DNA from: the human T2T-CHM13v2.0 reference genome, Homo sapiens
Direction: 5' to 3' (one strand)
Assembly: GCF_009914755.1 (NCBI RefSeq)
Contig: NC_060929.1
DNA length: 64,000 nucleotides
How positions within the stretch are numbered: position 1 is the first letter of the stretch; each line of letters starts with the position of its first letter. Both the position numbers and the translations under genes were made by a program. Below, one piece after another: positions 14,075 through 26,317 of this stretch. The notes under the pieces were generated by a model, which worked only from the letters and a program-made list of their open reading frames with translations, searched no databases and was not told the origin of the DNA.

Positions 14075-14630
14075 TCTGTTGAGTACTCATTATATGCCAG
14101 GAACTGTTTGGTGCTGAAGATCAGTGGGTGAACAAAAGCAGTTGATCCTTGCCCTTACTAATTCTGCATGTAACTGAAGAGGTACATTTTTAAAGTGCAT
14201 ACAAAAAGGGCAACTATGGTAAGTGCTACGAAGAAAATATAGCATGTTTTGAGGGAATCCAGCTAATTCTGGGAGGTCAGTAACTGTTCTCCCAAAGAAG
14301 TAAAGTATCAACCAATACCTGAAGAATGGCTATCTGATGCCTAGAAAAACAGAAGAGGGAAGAACATGGTGCTTAGGGAGAAAAGCACATGCAAATGGCC
14401 TGCGGTGAAAGGAGAGCTCTGAGTAAGAAAGATTAAGCAAAGGTCAGTGTAGCTGCTGTGCAGAGAAAGGAAGGGCATATTGGGGCGCAGGATGAGCCTG
14501 CAGGAGGCAGACAGGGTCACACTGTGAAGAGTCTTTTAAGCTGCATTAAGAATTTGGATCTTTAGCCTTAGAGCATTTAGAAGCTATTGATGTATTTGCA
14601 GCAGAGTTCAGATTAGTATTTTGAGAGAAC
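14075..14630 (-). mobile_element. L2 LINE fragment
   Basis: TTGAGTACTCATTATATGCCAGGAACTGT and a purine-rich L2-like body. Confidence 0.55.
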
Positions 14631-14715
14631 ATCTCTGAAGATATGCTTACTTATACAAAAGCATTCTCATATAGATAAGTGCACACAGATGGGTCCATGC
14701 ATGCATTTGTGTGTG

Positions 14716-15023
<308 letters not shown>

Positions 15024-15994
15024 GTATGTTTTCTTAGAAATGCATATAAGTATTCACTCACAAGCTCTGCCTCTCAGAATACATCTCTCTGTATTTACAT
15101 GCACGATGTATATAAACCTGGTATGTGTTGGGAGGCAAGGAACACCATCCTCATGGGGTATCATTAGGCCTAAGCCAGTCTTGGAGGTGGAGTGGTGGGG
15201 GGACTAGGGAAATGATATATCCAGCCTCAACACTCTGCCTTTGTAGCTTCCCTGGGCTTTGCTGCTTGGCCTCATGCATGTGCCACCAGCTCTACTCCCC
15301 CTCCTCTTGGCTCAGAGTACCCAGGGACAAGGTGGGGTTTCTTCCAGAACATGATCATTGACTATTCTTGGCCTGGGCAAGGAGGGGAGGCTGGGCAGGC
15401 CGGGTTACATAAAGATTGCCTTGTGCCCTCTCAGAGTTGTAAGCAAAGCCTTTGCCTAGCTCCAAGCCTGGAATACTCTTTGCATAGAGTTGGTAATACT
15501 GAGAACTAAACACAAGTAACAATGGGGAAACATAGAGGTCTTCAGGTCCTGGTGGGGACTGTGGTGGGACTAGAAGTAGTGCATCCCATAAGCAACCACT
15601 GTATGCAACACTGGAGGAAGACACAGACAAAGCCCGGTAGGAAAGCCTGTTCAAGGCAAGATATCTGTCTATTTTCCTCATCGCCTTGGCACAATAAACA
15701 CACATACACACATATTTACACATTAGCAATTTTCCCTTCAGTGGGTGTAGCATCTCACAGCAGAGGAAGCACCAAGTAATTTATGAGCCACGATACTCTG
15801 AATTATTTTCCCTCCAATGAAATAGAACTATATTTACGTACATTTTGCTCCTGTTTACTAGCAGAGTCAGCAAGGGCTTTAACCAGAGCCAGTGATAGTC
15901 TCCAGGAGATCAGTGGAAACATTCATGCAGAAGCAAAGGCTCACCTAAAGCCTTACAGGCCATAAATATGGTCCCAAATGATTTTTTCTTTAAT

Positions 15995-16291
<297 letters not shown>

Positions 16292-18010
16292 AATTTTTTT
16301 ATATTCTAAAGATTTCTACCCACTGAGATTTTGTTTTCCAATGTAAGCTTAGAAAATGTTTCCTTCCAAAATTAAAAGGAATCTGATAATGTAAGTTGAA
16401 GTTCTTTTCATTTTGCTTTAGGCTGTGTAGGAGACATGCTTCTTTTCTCTTTGTTGGTTGCCTTTTTATGCTAGCAAGGGACCAGATCCATCACACTGCT
16501 GCAGATCATAACACTCAAGGGGACAGTGTATGATAACATTTCCTCATATTGACCCAGAATTTACAGAGGGCAGTTTGTAAAGGGCTTATATATCTACCAT
16601 CTTGTTTAATCCTCACGACAACTCTGAGGTCAGCGTGGTTGTTCCCATTTCACAGATACAAAGACTGAAGTTAGAAGACTTGCTGAAGGACATGGAGCAA
16701 TTGTAATACATGGCTGGGTGAGAACCTGAATTCAGTTCTTCATGTTCAGGCTCAGAAAATAACACAAGTTTTGCTACACTCTCCTACCCTCCTAAGACTT
16801 AGGGCTCTTCTCAACGTATTCCTCTATTTTCTGGTGCATTCTTGTCTTATAAAGTCAGGGTTAACCCTCCCCAGCACTGAAGCTACAGCTCCCAAGTTGC
16901 AGATAAGCAATTGCCTGCTCCAGGGACAGCCCCAGGATGCTTTTACTGTTGACAAGCCCCAAGCTTGGGTGAGCTCATGTGGTTGGTAAGCAACAGTGAC
17001 TCTATCAACTGTGGCTTAGAACGAAAGCTCTGAGCCTTTCACGGTCCTTGTGCCAGCCACCAGATGCACCATCACCAAGTCCAAGCTGTGGACCATGTGC
17101 TCTTCCCATACCTGTCCTCCTGGCAGCTTAGGCTCTTCTGAGGCTGTTTTTGTTCACTTTGCCTAACTCCTCTTGGGTCAGCGTATTTCTGTGGGAAGAC
17201 CCAGTGTGATTTGCCCCCATCTCACACCCACTTGAAGCAGCCCAGCCAGTTTTAAGGGCCAGGTTCCACACCTCAGTAAAAATTGCAGGCTCTGGGAAGT
17301 TATTCAACTTTTTGAAAATCACTAGTGTTTGGTTGAAATGTTTTATTTTAGTCATAGCAATTAAATGTTCTTGTTTTGCACACACATCTTCCAAAAGATG
17401 TGCCTTCAGCATAGGTGAATAGCATACAATGGATTTGGGAAAGCTTGGGGTGAATGACATATACCAACCATAAGAAAAGATTCTGTTGATAATCTCTTCT
17501 CCTCTGAGTGTCAGCTTGTCTGTTTTGCTTAGCTTTCCATGCAATGTTGTGACTCATTCATTCATTTAGAAATTTTGAACACTTACATATGCCAGAACCT
17601 GTGCTAACTTCTGGGGATACTGCAGTCATCAAAATAGGCATGGTTAATTCCTGCCTTTGAATTTCTTATGGTCTTATGGAGAAGACGGGCAATGAAAAGG
17701 AAATTATAAAGAATATGTGGATCTTCTTCCCTAATGCTAACATTCAGGGAAACAGGGTGAGGAATGAGAAATTGGCTTCTGGATTTTGCCAGGAGATTCA
17801 GGAAGATATCTGATATCTGTCAACCTTGAACTGGTCTCTATTTATTGCATAAAAATATGATTATTTTCTCTTTAAAAATGCCTCAGGAAAAAGTAGAGTC
17901 GCAGGTGGCTCCCAGGATTCTGAATGTCTCAGTTGTGGTCCACTTCCAGAAAATTAAGTCCAATTCTGAGGGTCACATTTTTCAAGGGAAAAATGCATTT
18001 ATCTCCCTTC

Positions 18011-18203
18011 TAAGGTTGCCAAATTTAGCAAATAAAAATATAGAACACCCAGTTAAATTTGAATTTCAGATAAGCAGTGAATATATTTTTCATAAAAGTA
18101 TGTCCCAAATATTGCATGGAACATATCTATAGAAAAAAATATTATTTGTTTATATGAAATTTAAATGTAACTGGGCATCTTATATTTTAATCTGACCGCC
18201 CTA
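18011..18203 (+). mobile_element. MER53 palindromic hAT MITE
   Basis: AGGTTGCCAAATTTAGCAAATAAAAATA...CCCAGTTAAATTTGAATTTCAGATAA with mirrored arm TTATATGAAATTTAAATGTAACTGGG; ~190 bp. Confidence 0.85.
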
Positions 18204-19846
18204 ATAAAGAACTATAGAGAAGACAGCGAGAAAACCTCAATTCTATGTCTCAAAATGGAGGAGACTGGCTTTTTGGATTAGAAACAATGATAGTTAAGAA
18301 TCTAGATTTATGTAAGGAAGCATTTTCTGAGCATTATTCCCAATAATATATATGGAAAATAGTAAAAGGAACAGCAGGAGGAAAACAAAAATTGAGGTCA
18401 AAAGTTTGAGAGGACAGAAGTTTGGAAAATAAATTGCACAACCAGTATTTCCCTTTTGGAGTTCATATTAGGCAGTAGCATCCTAAAAGTGCTGAGAAGT
18501 TTTGTAGGAAGCATACCTGGTTGACCTGATTTAACCTGGCTTGCCCACAGAGTTCTATTTATGGGTTTTTGTCTGTTTGTTTTGGTATGTTTGTTTTATA
18601 AGGACACCTAGTAACATCGTGCAAACTTACTACTCTGCTCAGCACACTTTGGGGAACGCTGGTATAAAAAATGAAAGGTGTCTTCAAATGTTTAGAGTGT
18701 TGCTGGTTAGGGGGGAAGTGGACTTGGTCTTGTAAACCAAATGGTAGAGCTAGGCCTAAATCATGGACATATCTGGGAGGCAGATTTGGCTCCATATGAA
18801 GACTAGAACTTTCTAACAATTAGAATAGTCTGAAAGGTAATGAGCTCCCTGTTCCTGGAGACATTCAAGCAGAAACAGAATGCTGTCAGGGACACTGGAA
18901 GAAATTATTGCTGTGTAGAAAGTTCTCCGGGTCTGCTGTGAAAAGCACCTTCATATAAAACATGGACGGGGCCTCCACCAGCAAACTTTCTTTAAAACTA
19001 TGCCCCATGTTCTATATCCCTTTTGCAGTCTAAGTACCTCCCTCCTTCATCCACCTTTAATATGTTTCCTTCCCATCTAGAACCCAAAGAGATTAGACTT
19101 CAAAAGTGAATGATCTTTGTTCTGATAGGGCCCTTTTAATACCCTAGCCCAGCTATCTTGGATCATCCACCCTGAGCCTCTGGCAGTGGCTCATAAACTT
19201 CAGAGGTAACCTCGAGGTCACAGCAGAGCTTAGTGGCACTGCCCCACATAGTGCCCATGGTAGCGTATAGGATCACCAGGCATTTGAGGCACACAGCATA
19301 ATGGAATCTGACAGACAATCAAATCCTAACCTTGCCCCTTCCAGAGTCTGTCACCTGGAGAAAGTGTCTTAGCCTCTCTGAGCTTTACTTCCCTCTGGGA
19401 TAAAACAAGGTAGTGGAGAGGGGGGATAATGATACCTGCATCACAGTATTATGAAAATTAAAAGAGATTAAGAGGACATCAAGGATCCTGCCAGAGTTCC
19501 CAGTACATAGTAGACATTCAGTAAATGTTTATTTAATGTATGAATGTGATTGTTACCAATATCATAGTAGCAAACATCCAAAGAAGTTGAAAGACTTCTT
19601 TTAGAAATCCACTAATTAGTGTGCCAAGATTTCAGGCCCCTGACAAAGAAATAAGCTGGAAAGTATCGAGATAACTTTCCTTTTGATAATACATTCTTGA
19701 GAACAGAAACTAGCACATGTGTATAGAAGAACAGAGTTTTCCTTCCTGCTGTCTAGAAAGAGCACTGGAACTGGGGGCAGGTTGCTTCAGCTCTTGCCTT
19801 AAGTAACTCTACAACCTCATCCATTCTGGACTCCAGTCCTCATCTA

Positions 19847-19999
<153 letters not shown>

Positions 20000-20127
20000 T
20001 TAAGGGGTTGGATTCTGGTTTCTTCTGGGTCCCATGAACTGTGCCTTTGAATTGGGTGGTAAACGCAGATATCTAGCAATGCTATTGGTCCACTATTATT
20101 AGTAAAGACCACGCCAAACCTAAAACA

Positions 20128-20207
20128 GTGTGTGTGGGTGTGTGTGTGCACGTGCATGCGCACGCTTGCATGAGTGTGGACGGGCACACACATGTGTGCA
20201 CGTGTAT
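20128..20207. repeat. Imperfect (TG)n / alternating purine-pyrimidine tract
   Basis: GTGTGTGTGGGTGTGTGTGTGCACGTGCATGCGCACGC...CACACATGTGTGCACGTGTA. Confidence 0.8.
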
Positions 20208-23200
20208 GGCAATACACAGAATGCACAAGATGCTTTGACATCACTTAGATTGTCCCCTGCTATTGTGCCTGTTTGCAGGTTTGGCAAATAGACCCCAAAT
20301 TAGTTGTGAGGGAGTGAGATGACCACTGACTCAGAATGGGGAAAATTAAATTCAAGTCCCAATCCTGACTGTGCTGGCAAAGTTTGCTTTCTGCCTCTGG
20401 GGGTGCCGAACTGAAGAGAGCCCCTTGTTTCCCTCCCCATCTTTCATGGAAAGGATTTGGTTCCAGGATCTCCCAGTTCTGTGTCTCTTGCGAAAGTGTC
20501 TCTGATCTATTTTCGTTTGAATTTGCATGTTCTCCACATGGATTATCATCTGGCTGACTCGAGTTTTGCTTATTTCTTTTGTTTGATCTGCTCGGGTTTC
20601 ATAACGCAAGCTCTAAGGCCAATTTTAGCCCTTCTTGGATTATGAGAGTGTCAAAATTAAGATATTGAAGAATTTGTCATGGTTTCAGTCAAGGATACTT
20701 GTCTCCTCCGCCCCCACCCTCCCTGGTGAGCCTTTCCACTTTGGCCCAAGTAAAAGCCTTCTCCCTCCCTAGATCCCTCCCTAAATGGAGTCTGGTTTTC
20801 ACATTAGCTGAGAGGAGGCCCTGAAGTCAGAAATCCTCGGCACATGAGTCACTTTGTCTCTTTGTGCCTCATTTCCCCCATCTATAAATAAGTGGAGTCT
20901 CGCACTTTCTCATCTCCCAGTGTTGGAGGGCTCTCCATGGAGGTGGCTTTGTGCAGACCAAGGGCTCCTTCCTCGCTGGCACACCCTGCCTTCCAAGGTG
21001 GATTCTCTTGACTATCAGGGCCCAGGGGGATTCTCTAATAAAACAATGCATCTCTCTGTCTCCCGGCTTCCACTCCTGGCCCCCTCCAAGGCCCCTTCAT
21101 TACTGTCTGTGTGACCTTTCTAAAACGCAGCAGGTAGCCTTGGCTAAAAAGCCTTCAGTGCCCTGCCGCTACCTTCAGTAGAAAGGTTTCAGCAAATGAG
21201 TTCAAAAGGAAGCACGGTGAAAACTGACACAGAGAACTAATAGCACACCCAAACACATGCCAGTGTACAGCCTAGATCCATTTATTTGAATCTATAAGGT
21301 GGAAGGCAGTGTTCTGAGAATAAAGGGAGGAATAAGACTTGGCCCCTGTGTCTGAGAAGCTTACATCCTTTTAAAGCTAAGCAAGTATATAAAAATAATA
21401 ATGTTTTTACTTTTTTAAGTATTGGAAGTACCTTAGAAATCATTGACTTTGCCCAACTGCCCCATTTTACAGTTGTGGAAACCGAGGTCATAGAATTGGT
21501 AAATTACGAAGAAAACTGTGTTTCCTAGTAGGTCTCCCTGCCTTCACTCTGCCTCCACCACCAGGAGTCTCTGCACCCAGTCATCTTTCTAAGGGGTGTG
21601 CCATCCATCACTCCCCACGCAAAACCTCTCTGTGCCCTCCAATGCAGCTAGACTGAAGCCTGTGATGTCAGTGTGGTCAGATCCCTGCAACCTCAGCTTG
21701 TGTTCATGGCACACTGTGCTTCTGCTACCCTGGCCTTCTCTCTGCTGTGTGAACACACTAAGGTTTAACCCTTCCCGTTGTCTTGGAGGGGAAAATTCTC
21801 CCAGATATTCAGGCTTCTTTGTGTCATTCAGTCTCACTCAGCTCAAAGGGCACTTCCTCTGGGCTGCCCTAACCCCCACCAGACACCCAAACTAGATGCA
21901 CAACGCTCGTCACTCTTTCCCATCAGCCTGATTGGATGCCTCTAAAGCATGTACCACTATCTGTACCACTGCTCATTTATTCATTGTTCATGTTTATTGT
22001 TTGTGTCCAATCACTGACAGGAAGCTGCAGGAAGGCTAGGATTCGTCTCTATTTCCAGTGTCTAGAACATAATTGATTCATAGTTGATGCAGAAAAAATA
22101 TTTGTTGAATGACTGAACAAACAAATACATATTGAAGGAAATTCAAAAATGCAGGATAGTATAAAAATACAAATAAAAATCACCCATAACTCCTAGTTCT
22201 GGTATTACTTTTGTTAAAATTTTTTAGTATTTCTTTTTTTCAGGTCTCTTTTCTATTTGTGTACATATGATATTCAGTATGCATTTAATAAAATTGGGAC
22301 TACTGTAAATTACAGTTTGTCTCTTGCTTTTTTCCACTTATTGTATGGTATTTACATGTGTTAGGAAATAATGTTTTTAAATGCTATTTTAAGTGTTGCA
22401 CAGTATTTCATACACATTTTTCAAAATTAAGCATTTCCCTATTGTTGGACCCTGATAACTTAATTTTTTTTTCTAATTGATCTTCCCTCTCCAAACCATT
22501 CTAATAGCACTTGGCTTTTATGATACTTGTGGTAACTGTTCCTAGCTGTGAGTAGTTGGGTAAAAGACATTCATTTCTTTCCAGGAAATATCTATAGACC
22601 CGTCCTTAATTTTGTATGTTTTCTGTGGTCTCTTTCAGTGGGGATTGACTTGGTTCATGACCCAGTTATTAAGTCAAAGATTTGTGGTTAGCAACGAGTT
22701 GAGTTTCTAACATTTCCTGGTTGAAAGATAAACTAACATGAATGGAGGGATAGAGGTAAGTCCCAATCACATTTAATGCAGACTTTTAACCAGGAACATT
22801 TTCCTGTTGAAATTAATCAACACTCAGGAACAGAAAAGTAAAGAGTTTCCAAATCCTCATAGACTTATAAAATCTTAGCGAACTGAAAGGAATATTAAAG
22901 GTAACTAACTAACTCCCTCACTTTAAGCAGGAAGCTAAGACAGAAGGGGGCACCATCTTGCCCAGAGTCCTACAGCAAATAATGGTGGAGCCAGCCCAAG
23001 AAGAGACAGCAAAGCCCTTCACACCTCAGGCCAGAGTCATATCCACACAGATGAACTGAGGTTTTGCTGCATAATGAGTTTCAGGCTGTAGGTGACCAAG
23101 TTAAAAGACAGAAATTTAAATTATAATGTCTTAGAAAAATCTATTGAGGAAGAAGTGTAGTTGATTGTCCAATTATTAAGCTCACATAATTGGGATACCC

Positions 23201-23640
23201 TTCATCCTAGTCTCCAAATTTTTCTGAAGATGCACCCCATTAGTAAACATTTGTTAACATACCCTTAGTATCTGTGTATGTATTGTGCCCAGATTATACA
23301 CATACCACTGTAATAATATGCTATGTATATTTTTAAACATACAAAAATAAACATTTTACCAGAGTGAAGAAAAACAAAACATAGTTGTTCTATTACTTTT
23401 CCTTTATATCAGTAAGTTGTCTTTTCTGCTCCCTGAGGGGCCTGCAACACATTTTGGAAACTGCTGCACAACATCATTCTTTTTCACACAAAGGGTCATA
23501 ACTTATTAGTGAGGTGTGAAATCATTTCAGCAAGTTGCAGCCACCATATTTTAAATGAATTGTCATACAACAGATAAAAAATAATAAATTGATTACAGGT
23601 GGTAAGGATGACTGTTGTTTATGGCACATTTTTTCATTTA

Positions 23641-24473
23641 CAATCATGTGTCACTGAATGACAGGGATATGTTGTACAAACATTGTATTTAATATTTACA
23701 CGAACCTAGATGGCATAGCCTACTACACACCTAGACTAAATGGGATAGCCTATTGCTCCCAAGCTACAAACCTGTACAGCATGTTACTGTCCTGAACACT
23801 GTAGGCAACTGTAACACAATGGTAAGTATTTGTGTAGCTAAACATATGTAGACACAGAAAAGGCACAGTAGAAATATAGAATAAAAGATTTAAAATGGTA
23901 CATCTTTACAGGGCACTTACCATCAAGAGAGCTTGCCAGTCTGTAAGTTGCTCTGGGTGAGTCATTGAGTGAATGTGAAGGCCTAGGGCATTACTGTACA
24001 CTGCTGAAGACTTTATAAGCACTGTACTAAATGTATACACTAAATTTGTACATTAAACTTATAAAGAAATATTTTCCTTTCTTCAATAACAAATTAAACA
24101 GCTTGTTATAACTTTTTACTTTATAAACTTTTTGACTTCTTAAAAATTTTTGACTCTTTTGTAGTAACAGTTTAAAACACAAATTGTTTTGTGTTGTACA
24201 AAAACACATTGTGCAGCTGTACAAAAGTATATTATTTCCTTATATCCTTATTCTATAAACTTTTTTCTATTTTTAATTATTTTTTTACTTCTAAATTTTT
24301 TTTGTTAAAAACTAAGACACAACCACACACATTAGTCTAGACCTACACAGGGTCAGGATCATCAAGATATCATGAGGTGATAGGAATTTTTCAACTCCAT
24401 CATAATCTTATGGAGCCACCATGGTATATGTGGCCCATTGTTGACTGAAACGTCATTATGCCATGCATGACTG
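23641..24473 (-). mobile_element. Tigger3-family (TcMar) DNA transposon, internally deleted
   Basis: Terminal inverted repeats CAATCATGTGTCACTGAATGAC / GTCATTATGCCATGCATGACTG, TA at the left end, body with ATAGCCTACTACACACCTAG. Confidence 0.85.
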
Positions 24474-24713
24474 TGCTTGTGGGAATGGGTGTATGTGTGG
24501 TTTGGATGGGGGGAGGTGGCATACTGGGTGGCTCTGTAAAGTGCAAATCCACCCAAATCAGCAATTTGATATTCTTATATTACTTCCATAATCTCTAACC
24601 TCACCACCCATCTTCAAATTTAATCCACACGACATCCCTATGATAAAGATGTTCCTACACACATCATGTAAGGGATCAAACTGTGGCATAGGTTAAATAA
24701 CTTGCCCAAGTTT

Positions 24714-24954
24714 CAGATCATGAGGTCAGGAGATTGAGACCATCCTGGCTAACACGGTGAAACCCCATCTCTACTAAAAATACAAAAAATTAGCCGGGCG
24801 TGGTGGTGGGCACCTGTAGTCCCAACTACTCGGGAGGCTGAGGCAGGAGAATGGCATGAACCTGGGAGGCAGAGCTTGCAGTGAGCCTCAGATTGCACCA
24901 CTGCACTCCAGCCTGGGCAACAGAATGAGACTCCATCTCAAAAAAAAAAAAAAA
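24714..24954 (+). mobile_element. AluY, 5'-truncated, inserted in a MIR
   Basis: GAGACCATCCTGGCTAACACGGTGAAACCCC; TSD AAATAACTTGCCCAAGTTT/AAACAACTTGTCCAAGTTT. Confidence 0.94.
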
Positions 24955-25123
24955 CAACTTGTCCAAGTTTATATGGCCTGGTACAGGCAGGATTTAGGCA
25001 ACTGAATCCACAGGTGCTGCTGAACCACCAGGAGACCTGCTGCCCAAGTAACTGCAAACGGGGCACCAGGGACTGTCTAGGACCACAGGTCGAGTTCCAC
25101 CTCTGCCAACCTAGTTTGTTAGC

Positions 25124-25225
25124 CCTTCCTTCCTTCCTTCCTTCCTTCCTCCTTCCTTTTCTGTTCTTGCCTGCCAGCTTTCCTCTTTCTACATTTCTTC
25201 CTCCTCCTTCCTTCTCTCTGTCTCT
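25124..25225. repeat. (CCTT)n / CT-rich low-complexity tract
   Basis: CCTTCCTTCCTTCCTTCCTTCCTTCC... Confidence 0.85.
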
Positions 25226-25907
25226 TCTATCCTACATTAAGTATAAGTTTTTCATGAACTACATTTTGGGAAAGAGTTCATGGAGCTACAGGGGATCTTA
25301 GAGATGACCTACTCCAACTACTTCATTTTTGAAGATGAGGAAATGGAGGTCCAGATAAGGGAAGGGTGTCACCATCAGCTTGTGTCACAGCTAAGGTGAG
25401 AACCCACTTCCTCTTCCTCCTCATCCATCAGTCTTTCCTCTGTACCAGCTTTATGCTGCCCTATAAACAGTCCACACTTAGCAGAGTCTGCCCCTGGGCT
25501 CTCTTTCCTTGAGTACTAAGAATTCATGTTAATCCACATAGAGAATTGAGAGATCAGAGCCTTCAATAAATGCCAACCAACATTTACAGTGTATTGTCTG
25601 TCAGCACAGTGCTGTGACAGTGCTGGGGATAAAACAACACAGACGCCAGGGCATCAGACCCTACCCCCACGCTGCTTTATGTACTCTCAGGGCACAGGGA
25701 CGCTTCATTCTGTGCTCTTATCACACTGACTTGTGTCATCTCTTGACTGTCAGTCTCTCCCACTGAACTACAAACCTTCTGAGAGCAGAAGCCCTTTTTC
25801 TTTTATTGTTTTCTCAGCATTTCATATCCTATTGCACAAATCAGGACTTGGCACATAATAGATGCTCCATAAGTAATGGTTGAATAAATGAATAAATACA
25901 TAGTACC

Positions 25908-26317
25908 CGTATTAGTTTGCTAGGGCTTCCATAACAAAATACCACAGCCTGGGTGGCTTACACAATGGAATTTTATTTTCTCATGGTCTTGGAGGCTGGA
26001 AGTCCAAGATCAAGGTGCCTGCAGGGTTGTTTCCTCTGAGACCCCACTCCTTGACTTGCAGGTGGCAACCTCTGGCTGCCTCTTCATATAGATTTTTCTC
26101 TGTGTGTGCACACACTCCTCGTATCTCTCTGTATGCCCTAATATCCTCTTCTTATGAGGACACAAGTCAGAATGGATTAGGGCCCACCCTAGCAGCATTG
26201 TCTTAACTTAATCTCTTTAAAGGCCCTACCTTTAAATATGGTCACATTGTGAGATACTAGGGGTTAGGGCTTTAACATATGAATTTGGAGGGAATACAAT
26301 TAATTCAATCCGTAACA
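25908..26317 (-). mobile_element. MLT1-family solo LTR (MaLR)
   Basis: GTATTAGTTTGCTAGGGC...GGAGGCTGGAAGTCCAAGATCAAGGTG...GGATTAGGGCCCACCC. Confidence 0.85.
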
